A stretch of 35,022 nt of DNA from the IMG/VR virus record IMGVR_UViG_3300033463_000535; one strand, given 5' to 3'. Positions 1-6,248 of the stretch are shown here, piece by piece. The DNA is from a virus. Under the pieces are notes generated by a model. That model was not told where the DNA came from. It saw only the letters and a list, made by a program, of their open reading frames with translations, and did not search any database. The translations under genes and the position numbers were made by a program. The stretch's first letter is position 1; each line of letters starts with the position of its first letter.

Positions 1-127
1 AGCAGGAACATTGCACCCTATATCTACTATTCCAACAAATGTATCTGTTCCTGTTTATGTAGATACATCAAGTAAATATGAACATATTATAGTATGTGAT
101 CACGGAACATATTATTCAGATGGGAAG
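1..127. repeat. Terminal duplication, copy 1 (identical to 34896..35022); circular-closure overlap
   Basis: Base-by-base comparison: agcaggaacattgcaccc...cagatgggaag occurs at both window ends, exactly 127 nt. Confidence 0.95.
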
Positions 128-418
128 AAATTAAAAACAACTAAAGGATTAAATTTTTTTGGTTGGGGTGAATTATGCGAAGATGTAAGAGTAGTAAAAC
201 AAGTAGCGGATAAAAAACCAAAATCAAGATACACACCAGGAAGCTATGAAGTAACAACAGACACATTAAGAGTAAGGAAAAAGCCAAACACATCAAGCAA
301 AATAGTGGCAAAAATTCATAGAGGAAGTAAACAGGGTGTAGATAAAACACAAGGAGACTGGGGGCATCTTATGAACAACGCAGGGTGGATTTGCCTTAAT
401 TATTGCAAGAAGATTTGA
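1..418 (+). CDS. Endolysin, 3' part (ORF wraps the circular junction; 5' part is 34759..35022). Cys/His peptidase-like N-domain plus SH3b-like C-domain, 184 aa in total
   Basis: The frame is continuous through the overlap (..KRAGTLHPISTIP..). The C-terminal YEVTTDTLRVRKKPNTSSKIVAKIHRGSKQGVDKTQGDWGHL looks SH3_3-like. GYCLQNV (Cys) and IIVCDHGTYYSDG (His) are spaced as in CHAP/Amidase_5-type hydrolases. The gene follows the holin. Confidence 0.7.
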   Translation, partial: AGTLHPISTIPTNVSVPVYVDTSSKYEHIIVCDHGTYYSDGKKLKTTKGLNFFGWGELCEDVRVVKQVADKKPKSRYTPGSYEVTTDTLRVRKKPNTSSKIVAKIHRGSKQGVDKTQGDWGHLMNNAGWICLNYCKKI

Positions 419-443
419 TAGATTTTAAAAGTTGTGATATAAT
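415..443 (+). promoter_or_regulatory. Sigma-A-type promoter with extended -10
   Basis: TTGATA (415-420), 17-nt spacer, TGaTATAAT (435-443). It lies just after the endolysin stop and 40 nt before the ATG at 483. Confidence 0.6.
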
Positions 444-482
444 TATTACAGATAAACAAAAAATATAAAAAGGAGAAATACA

Positions 483-779
483 ATGGCAGAAGAATTTGTA
501 AGTGTACACGAATTTAATTTGCTAAAAGAAGAAGTGCAAACAATTAAGCAAGAAATGGCAGAAAATCAAAAGCTATTGCAAGTTATAGATAAAAAAATTG
601 ATGTTATTTTTGAGAAAATATCAAATGCAGATAAAACAGACGAATTGAAATTACAACCAATAACAGCTAGAGTTGCAAAATTAGAAGAAAATCAAAGTTG
701 GTTGGCTAAAACTGTTGCAGGAACGATTATAGCAATAATTATAAAAATTATATTTGAATTTGCAAATGGAGGAATTTAA
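483..779 (+). CDS. xhlA: XhlA-like coiled-coil membrane protein (lysis accessory / haemolysin XhlA family-like)
   Basis: 98 aa. N-terminal coiled coil, KLEENQSWLAKT segment, then a C-terminal TM (VAGTIIAIIIKIIF), as in PBSX XhlA. AAAGGAG SD upstream. Confidence 0.55.
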   Translation: MAEEFVSVHEFNLLKEEVQTIKQEMAENQKLLQVIDKKIDVIFEKISNADKTDELKLQPITARVAKLEENQSWLAKTVAGTIIAIIIKIIFEFANGGI

Positions 780-780
780 A

Positions 781-1005
781 ATGGAAAAAGAAACATTGGC
801 AACAGAAATGTTAAAAGAACTAAAATCAAATGCAAAAAGATGGTTTATAATTGCAGTAGTGGAATTAGTTTTGTTAGTTGGAAGTAATATATGCTGGTTG
901 ATATACGAAAATCAATACGAAATAATAACAACAGATGAAACAGAACAAAGTATAGAAGATATAGATAATTCTGCCAATTCTAATTATACACAAACAATTA
1001 AATAG
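781..1005 (+). CDS. Small single-pass membrane protein associated with the lysis module
   Basis: ATG at 781 lies 8 nt after GGAGG. Central TM RWFIIAVVELVLLVGSNICWLIY followed by an acidic tail. The 754 start in the ORF track overlaps xhlA-like and has no SD. Confidence 0.6.
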   Translation: MEKETLATEMLKELKSNAKRWFIIAVVELVLLVGSNICWLIYENQYEIITTDETEQSIEDIDNSANSNYTQTIK

Positions 1006-1068
1006 GAGATGATGCGTAAATGAAAATGTATCAAAAAAGAACTGTAACAAAAATAAGGAGAAAAGCAA

Positions 1069-1311
1069 ATGGAAACTCCAAAAAAGTTAGAAGGAAAAAG
1101 AAACGTTGATTTTGATTTCACACAGCCAGAACTTGATCACATATTAAAAAATGCAAGATTTAATGAAATACAAAGAAGGGTTTTTAATAGACTAACTGAT
1201 ATAGATGGAAGGCAATCAATAATTAAAATCAGCATAGAAGAAAACATATCTACAGCAACAGTTAGTCGCATTATAAAACAAATTAAAAAGAAAATACTGA
1301 AATTAATATGA
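1069..1311 (+). CDS. Small HTH protein resembling sigma-70 region 4 (possible transcription regulator)
   Basis: 80 aa. FNEIQRRVFNRL..GRQSIIKISIEENISTATVSRIIKQIKKKI matches the sigma r4 / LuxR-like HTH pattern. AGGAG SD upstream. Confidence 0.55.
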   Translation: METPKKLEGKRNVDFDFTQPELDHILKNARFNEIQRRVFNRLTDIDGRQSIIKISIEENISTATVSRIIKQIKKKILKLI

Positions 1312-1328
1312 TAAAAAGATAAGAAAAA

Positions 1329-1353
1329 GTCGATATTATTATCGGCTTTTTTT
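1329..1353 (+). terminator. Rho-independent terminator
   Basis: GTCGATA (1329-1335) / TATCGGC (1340-1346) stem with one G-U pair, loop ttat, then T7. The flanking A-run can extend the stem. Confidence 0.75.
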
Positions 1354-1395
1354 ATTTTATACTTTAATTACATAAAAGAAAGGAGATGTCAAGAA

Positions 1396-1518
1396 ATGAA
1401 AAAAGAAAGTCGAAATATGTACAAAGTAGATTTTGCTAGGCATCTTCTTTTAATTTTGAAGAAATTAAATAGCATAGACAAAAAAATAGGCTCTAAAATC
1501 AAAAATAAGACAGTTTAA
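1396..1518 (+). CDS. Hypothetical 40-aa basic protein
   Basis: AGGAG at 1381-1385, ATG at 1396, stop at 1516-1518. MKKESRNMYKVDFARHLLLILKKLNSIDKKIGSKIKNKTV. Below the ORF-track length cut-off. Confidence 0.35.
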   Translation: MKKESRNMYKVDFARHLLLILKKLNSIDKKIGSKIKNKTV

Positions 1519-1602
1519 TATTTTAGACAATAAAGTTATTGGGTAGCATATTAAAATGCTTTTAAAGTTAAAAATAAAAAGAAATAGGAGGTAATAAATA
1601 AG

Positions 1603-2091
1603 ATGCCATATCCATATTATCAAAATAGTCAATTATATATGCAAGATTTACAAAATATGAAAGATAGAATAGACAGACAAATGCAACAATTACAACAAAA
1701 CCAACAGCAACAAATGCCACAACAACCAATTACACAAAACTTTCAATTAGCACCAACCCCCACGAACAATGAGTTGGAAATTAAATATGCTGATAATATA
1801 GCGGAGGTGAAAAACACGTTTGTAATGAAAACAGGAATATTTGTAAATAAAGATTTTTCTACAATGTGGGTAAAAGATGTTAGTGGGAATATTAGAACAT
1901 TTAATACACAGGAAGTAGTTGAAATGGATGAAAAAGATAAAGAAATATTAGCATTAAAAAAAGAAATAGAAAATATGAAAGGAATGATGGCAAATGCAAC
2001 TCAATATGATAACACAAACATTAATGAACCAACTAAAAACGAAAAACCCAAAAGGATTTCAAGCAATAAACACATTAATGCAAAACAATAA
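1603..2091 (+). CDS. Gln-rich hypothetical protein
   Basis: AGGAGG SD upstream. N-terminal PYPYYQNSQ..QQLQQNQQQQMPQQP low-complexity segment, then a folded-looking segment (IKYADNIAEVKNTFVMKTGIFVNKDFSTMWVKDVSGNIRTF) and a coiled coil. The last ~33 aa overlap the next ORF. Confidence 0.6.
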   Translation: MPYPYYQNSQLYMQDLQNMKDRIDRQMQQLQQNQQQQMPQQPITQNFQLAPTPTNNELEIKYADNIAEVKNTFVMKTGIFVNKDFSTMWVKDVSGNIRTFNTQEVVEMDEKDKEILALKKEIENMKGMMANATQYDNTNINEPTKNEKPKRISSNKHINAKQ

Positions 2092-2221
2092 TGATCCGCA
2101 GGCTATTTTACAACAAATGATGTCTGGAGCAACTGCAGAACAAAAAGAAAATTTGTTTAAGCAAGCTAAAAATTATGGAGTACCTGATGAAATTCTTTCA
2201 AAAATACAAAACATGAAATGA
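1994..2221 (+). CDS. Hypothetical helical protein in the +1 frame, overlapping the previous ORF by 98 nt
   Basis: MITQTLMNQLKTKNPKGFQAINTLMQNNNDPQAILQQMMSGATAEQKENLFKQAKNYGVPDEILSKIQ reads like a genuine helical protein. Only a weak SD (AAAGGA). Confidence 0.5.
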   Translation: MQLNMITQTLMNQLKTKNPKGFQAINTLMQNNNDPQAILQQMMSGATAEQKENLFKQAKNYGVPDEILSKIQNMK

Positions 2222-2271
2222 TAATAATTTTTATATTATTATAAATATTTTAAAGAAAGGAGGATAAAACT

Positions 2272-3189
2272 ATGGGAGATAATATGAGCCCAGCAGATGT
2301 GGCTGCAGTTGTTGGTAACACTGATAGAAACGTTGGTTATGGCTATCCAGTATATCCTTATGGCGGTGGATTTGGTAACAGCGGATTTGGAGGAGATGCT
2401 AGTTGGCTATGGCTAATAATTATCCTTGCCTTGTTTGGAGGTTGGGGAAATAATGGTAATGGCGGATTTGGTGGTTTTAATAATGACTATGCTTGGCTAT
2501 CAAATGGTCAAAAAGAAATTATGCAAAACACCAATGACGGATTTAACACACTACAATTAGCTAACCAATTAACAGGAATTAACTCTGGTGTACAAAACTT
2601 ATCTACACAGCTTTGTAACTGTTGTGCAGATGTAAATTCTAATTTATGTAATGGATTTGCAGGGGTAAATGCAACAGTAAATGGTGGATTTGCAAATGCT
2701 GAAACATCTGCTAATGCTAGACAAATGGCAAATATGCAACAAGCATTTAGCAACCAATTAAGTACTTTACAAGGGTTTAATGGTGTAAATTCTGCATTAT
2801 GTGATGCAAGTGCTGAAAACAGATTAGGACAGGCTAATTTGACATCAACAATATTAGCTGAAAACTGTGCTGATAGAGCAGCATTACAAGAAGGAGTTAG
2901 AGATATAATTACTAACCAAACAGCTAATACTCAAAGAATAATTGATGAAATATTTAGGGATAGACTAGATGAAAAAGACAGCAAGATTTCTGATTTACAA
3001 AGAGAATTGCAGATGGCTGATTTGAAAGCATCACAAATTGCACAAACACAAGCAATTACTCAAAATATCTATAATGAATTAAAGAACTGTCCTGTTGGAA
3101 CAGTGCCAGTATATGGCAACCAACCAATATTTACTTGTCCAAACAATAGTTGCGGATGTGGAAGTGCCTTTGGAAGCACAATAGTTTAA
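2272..3189 (+). CDS. Gly-rich / single-TM / Asn-Gln-Cys-rich protein. The N-terminus resembles YjcZ-type tiny-TM sporulation proteins
   Basis: AAGGAGG SD upstream. GGGFGNSGFGGDASWLWLIIILALFGGWGNNGNGGFGGF, then ~230 aa of N/Q/A-rich sequence with a coiled coil and 13 Cys, including CNCCADVNSNLC and CPNNSCGCG. Confidence 0.75.
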   Translation: MGDNMSPADVAAVVGNTDRNVGYGYPVYPYGGGFGNSGFGGDASWLWLIIILALFGGWGNNGNGGFGGFNNDYAWLSNGQKEIMQNTNDGFNTLQLANQLTGINSGVQNLSTQLCNCCADVNSNLCNGFAGVNATVNGGFANAETSANARQMANMQQAFSNQLSTLQGFNGVNSALCDASAENRLGQANLTSTILAENCADRAALQEGVRDIITNQTANTQRIIDEIFRDRLDEKDSKISDLQRELQMADLKASQIAQTQAITQNIYNELKNCPVGTVPVYGNQPIFTCPNNSCGCGSAFGSTIV

Positions 3190-3238
3190 TAGCAAAACGT
3201 CGATAAGACAAACCTGATTACAGGAACTTGCTAAAATA

Positions 3239-3268
3239 AAGGGATATAGCAAGTCTATATTCCTTTTT
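3239..3268 (+). terminator. Intrinsic terminator, with a competing upstream hairpin at 3226..3254
   Basis: AAGGGATATAG (3239-3249) / CTATATTCCTT (3255-3265): 11 bp with one G-U pair, loop caagt, then TTTaaTTT. Confidence 0.6.
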
Positions 3269-3293
3269 AATTTGAAATAAAGGAGGAAACGAT

Positions 3294-3764
3294 ATGAATG
3301 GAGTAATACAAGCTATACAAGAAACAGAAAGAGCATTAACTTCTAATACAGCTTCATTGCCATTTGATACAGTTGATTTAAGGACTAGAAGTGCCATGAA
3401 TTGCACAGGATTTATAAACCATAACGAAGGGAGTGCTTTGTTTAGTATATTAGATGGCGGAATATATGAAGTAACATTTAATGCAAATGTAACAAGTGCA
3501 ACTGCTGGAAATGTAGCATTAGCCTTATTTGCAGATGGAACACAAATAGCAGGAACAGAAATGGATGCAACAATAGCAACAGCAGGAGACTGGGAAAATA
3601 TAAGTTTTGATAAAAAGATAAGAGTATGTTGCAAAGGTACTGTAAATTTAGCAATTACATCATTGCCAACAACAACATTTAGTGGAACAGGCACACCAGT
3701 AATAACAGATACAGAAATTCCAATTATAAAAAATGCAAACATAAATATTGAAAGGCTTGCGTAA
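3294..3764 (+). CDS. All-beta protein resembling the BclA C-terminal / C1q-TNF jelly-roll domain (no collagen stalk)
   Basis: AAGGAGG SD upstream. GGIYEVTFNANVTSATAGNVALALFADGTQIAGTEMDATIATAGDWENISFDKKIRVCCKGTVNLAITS has the alternating beta pattern of BclA-CTD-type domains. Confidence 0.4.
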   Translation: MNGVIQAIQETERALTSNTASLPFDTVDLRTRSAMNCTGFINHNEGSALFSILDGGIYEVTFNANVTSATAGNVALALFADGTQIAGTEMDATIATAGDWENISFDKKIRVCCKGTVNLAITSLPTTTFSGTGTPVITDTEIPIIKNANINIERLA

Positions 3765-3937
3765 TGAATAAATTAGAAGATTTTTCAAATTGGTTACAAA
3801 TATTTAGTTTTTTAATATTAATAGAAGATTTTAATAATACCGATTTAATGAAGTATTTGGCACACCAAGATGAATTATTAGATAAAATAATAAATCAAAA
3901 CAATGAGATAATAACTCTATTGAAAGGGGGAAAATAG
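3764..3937 (+). CDS. Hypothetical 57-aa protein
   Basis: The ATG overlaps the previous stop (TAATG). MNKLEDFSNWLQIFSFLILIEDFNNTDLMKYLAHQDELLDKIINQNNEIITLLKGGK. It fills the gap exactly up to the next start. Confidence 0.5.
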   Translation: MNKLEDFSNWLQIFSFLILIEDFNNTDLMKYLAHQDELLDKIINQNNEIITLLKGGK

Positions 3938-3939
3938 TT

Positions 3940-4383
3940 TTGGATATAGAGGAAATTATTGAAACAATAGCACAAAATGGCAGATTAGAAGATATGGAAA
4001 AATTATCTGATATATTAGAAGATACAATGGAAATTGTAAAAAATTATGATGAAAAATGCTATGAAGATTTTGAAATGGAATTATATAAAATGGCTTATGG
4101 AAATAGGTTGAATTTTGAAATGGCTGAAAATATAGTAGAAAAAATGAGACCTTATGGAAAAAAATGGAGCATAGAAGAAACAAGACAAATGCAAGAACAA
4201 AGAGGCATAGTTGATATTTCTGATGTAGATTTTTATGTGGTTATAAATAGTGCGTATAATGATTATCAAAATCTTTTTGGCGAAAACTTAGAAGATTATA
4301 TAAGATTTACAGTAGATTTTATAAAAGATGAAGATGCAAAACAAGATAAAGTTTTTTTGTACTATACTCAAATACCAGAATAG
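3940..4383 (+). CDS. Acidic helical hypothetical protein (TTG start)
   Basis: GGGGGA SD upstream, then TTG. 147 aa; MELYKMAYGNRLNFEMAENIVEKMRPYGKKWSIEETRQMQEQRG..FYVVINSAYNDY. Confidence 0.65.
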   Translation: MDIEEIIETIAQNGRLEDMEKLSDILEDTMEIVKNYDEKCYEDFEMELYKMAYGNRLNFEMAENIVEKMRPYGKKWSIEETRQMQEQRGIVDISDVDFYVVINSAYNDYQNLFGENLEDYIRFTVDFIKDEDAKQDKVFLYYTQIPE

Positions 4384-4398
4384 AAAGGAGAAATAAAT

Positions 4399-4803
4399 AT
4401 GAATGATATGAGGGATTATGATAACAGAGATTACAGATATGACAACAGGTATTATGACGAAAACATACATGGCAATATGGGATATAGAGAAAACTACAGA
4501 GATGATTACAGGGAAGATTACAGAGATGACTACAGAAACTATAGAGACTATGATTACAGAAGGGATTATGACAGACGTGGTGGAAAAATAAATAACAGAA
4601 GCTACCGCAATTATAGAAATTATAGGGGCGGAGATTACTACGAGGAATTAGAAATGTTGATGATGGATATAAAAGAAACATCAAGAAAAATAGAAGATAT
4701 TGCTGACATGGCTACTAATCCACAAGATAGAAATATGCTTATGAAAATAGCTCAGAAAGAAAAAGAAAACCATAGTTTTATAAAACAATTACTAGAAAAA
4801 TAA
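4399..4803 (+). CDS. Arg/Asp/Tyr-repeat protein with a helical C-terminal domain (ferritin-like / Coat-F-like pattern)
   Basis: AAAGGAG SD upstream. Residues 1-80 are almost only R, D, Y, N (YRDDYREDYRDDYRNYRDYDYRRDYDRR). The C-terminus reads DIADMATNPQDRNMLMKIAQKEKENHSFIKQLL. Confidence 0.75.
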   Translation: MNDMRDYDNRDYRYDNRYYDENIHGNMGYRENYRDDYREDYRDDYRNYRDYDYRRDYDRRGGKINNRSYRNYRNYRGGDYYEELEMLMMDIKETSRKIEDIADMATNPQDRNMLMKIAQKEKENHSFIKQLLEK

Positions 4804-4804
4804 A

Positions 4805-5122
4805 ATGAAAGAAATATGTAAATTTATAATTAATGATAATATATATACAATTTATGATGTTGATAAAATAACAGGAAAAGATAATTATGTTGGAAGATCA
4901 CATTATGAAGATAGAACTATATATATTGAAAAAGGAAATTTAAAAGATATGTTATTGACTTTAAAACACGAACTTATGCACGTTTGGTTATACGAAAACG
5001 GACACACAAACCAAGACGGAAAAGAAGTGTTTGACTATGAAGATATGTGCGAGTTAGTGGCTTTGAGTAACAATTCAATTAATAGAATAGTAGAGTTATA
5101 TCTGCAAAATAAACAAGGGTAG
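4805..5122 (+). CDS. Mini zinc-metallopeptidase-like protein (HExxH)
   Basis: 105 aa. TLKHELMHVWLYENGH contains HELMH plus a downstream His (SprT/ImmA-like minimal fold). Confidence 0.55.
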   Translation: MKEICKFIINDNIYTIYDVDKITGKDNYVGRSHYEDRTIYIEKGNLKDMLLTLKHELMHVWLYENGHTNQDGKEVFDYEDMCELVALSNNSINRIVELYLQNKQG

Positions 5123-5181
5123 ATGCTTTTAAGTGTTTACTCTTTTTTTTATAAATTTTTTTATTTTTTTGTTTAAAAGTA

Positions 5182-5210
5182 TTGACAAAGTAAAAACAAC
5201 AATATATAAT
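5182..5210 (+). promoter_or_regulatory. Consensus sigma-A promoter (early operon)
   Basis: TTGACA (5182-5187), 17 nt, TATAAT (5205-5210), with a T-rich UP-like tract upstream. Confidence 0.8.
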
Positions 5211-5241
5211 AAGAGTGTAAAAAGAAAAGGGGGAATTAAAA

Positions 5242-5421
5242 ATGAACAGTATTTTATTAATATTAATAGCAATGTTTAAAGTTTTAGTATTTTTTATAGG
5301 AAGTAGCATAGCAATATTTTTAGCATTTATGTTATTACAATTAATAAGTTATAGAGTTTTCAATTATAACATATATCAAAAACTTAATGATAAATTTATT
5401 ACAAAAGAATTGAATAAGTAA
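5242..5421 (+). CDS. Small membrane protein (59 aa)
   Basis: GGGGG SD upstream, then ATG at 5242. MNSILLILIAMFKVLVFFIGSSIAIFLAFMLLQLISYRVF is strongly hydrophobic. First gene after the early promoter. Confidence 0.5.
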   Translation: MNSILLILIAMFKVLVFFIGSSIAIFLAFMLLQLISYRVFNYNIYQKLNDKFITKELNK

Positions 5422-5434
5422 GGGGGTGTAAAAA

Positions 5435-5713
5435 ATGAATGAAGAAGCACAATGGTTAGAAGCTAATATACAGAATTTAAAAGACGCATATTCTGAATTA
5501 GTTAAGGCAATGAATAATATAGTAGAAATTGATGCATTAGATGATCAGTATAAACAGCTTGAAAGAATTGCAGATGAAATTGACAATGAAAGAATTAACT
5601 TAGAAATAGAATTAGAACAATTAGAAGAAACAATGTTTTATGAAGAAAAGCAAGAACAATGGCAAAAAGAAAGACAAGAAGAATTAGAACAATTTTGGAA
5701 AAGTAGAATTTAG
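5435..5713 (+). CDS. Highly acidic coiled-coil early protein
   Basis: GGGGGTG SD upstream. 92 aa with many E/D/Q residues in heptad-like spacing. Confidence 0.65.
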   Translation: MNEEAQWLEANIQNLKDAYSELVKAMNNIVEIDALDDQYKQLERIADEIDNERINLEIELEQLEETMFYEEKQEQWQKERQEELEQFWKSRI

Positions 5714-5724
5714 GAGGATTTAAA

Positions 5725-6096
5725 ATGAAAATGTATGTAAATATGGAAGATTTAAATGATTACGAGAAAAAACATAATAGAGTAAGTTACAGGAGGTTAG
5801 TTGATAGAATAAGTAATAATATCTGGTTATTTAATAAAGCGCCAGAACTTTCTGATTATTGTTTTGATTTTGAATTAAATAATGATTATGATGAAGACGT
5901 ATATCAATATTATTTAATTGATATTAGTCCATATGCATTGGAAAAATTACAAGAATTAAAATGTAAAGATTTAATAATAGGGTGGAGTGAAAAACTAGAA
6001 GAATATGTGTTGTTTGTAACACATTTTGGAACGTCTTGGGATTACGTGTTAACAAGCATTGAACCAACAACAATCTTAGGTGAAGCGGATTTATAG
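5725..6096 (+). CDS. Acidic hypothetical early protein
   Basis: AGGAGG SD upstream; 123 aa. Confidence 0.65.
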   Translation: MKMYVNMEDLNDYEKKHNRVSYRRLVDRISNNIWLFNKAPELSDYCFDFELNNDYDEDVYQYYLIDISPYALEKLQELKCKDLIIGWSEKLEEYVLFVTHFGTSWDYVLTSIEPTTILGEADL

Positions 6097-6106
6097 GAGG
6101 TAAAAA

Positions 6107-6244
6107 ATGGAATGTAAACAATATGTAGAAAGTAAATTAGCACAAGACAATGAGACATATATTTTTTATTGCAGTATAAAAAATGCAATGACAAATTATA
6201 AGGATTGTTTAAATTGTAAATATAATAAATTTAGAAGGAGTTAA
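6107..6244 (+). CDS. Cys-containing micro-protein (45 aa)
   Basis: AGGAGG SD 7 nt upstream. MECKQYVESKLAQDNETYIFYCSIKNAMTNYKDCLNCKYNKFRRS, with Cys at positions 3, 22, 34 and 37. Confidence 0.4.
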   Translation: MECKQYVESKLAQDNETYIFYCSIKNAMTNYKDCLNCKYNKFRRS

Positions 6245-6248
6245 AAAA

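Noticed and set aside
1-127. The 127-nt terminal repeat as a biological direct terminal repeat
   Set aside because: It falls in the middle of the endolysin reading frame, and its length equals a common assembler k-mer size. A circular-closure artefact is more parsimonious, though only read mapping can exclude a real terminus.
754-1005. Longer N-terminal extensions offered by the ORF track (754, 7972, 8858, 10264, 10836, 13554, 29952, 31507)
   Set aside because: Each extension overlaps the preceding gene and lacks an SD. An internal ATG with a well-spaced GGAGG-type SD is present instead (781, 8002, 8888, 10336, 10854, 13560, 29961, 31528).
1069-1311. The HTH protein as a CI-like lysogeny repressor
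   Set aside because: It is co-directional, lacks a divergent promoter or cro partner and a peptidase/oligomerisation domain, and resembles sigma region 4. It is more likely an activator or accessory factor.
4420-4640. Imperfect short DNA repeats (gattacaga-like) that might be a CRISPR-like or satellite array
   Set aside because: The units are 9-21 nt with no spacers of constant length. They are in frame within a strong ORF and simply encode the Arg-Asp-Tyr low-complexity region.
5123-5181. Terminator after the HExxH gene
   Set aside because: Only a T-rich tract and 3-5-bp stems can be drawn, with no convincing GC-containing hairpin, so I left it uncalled.
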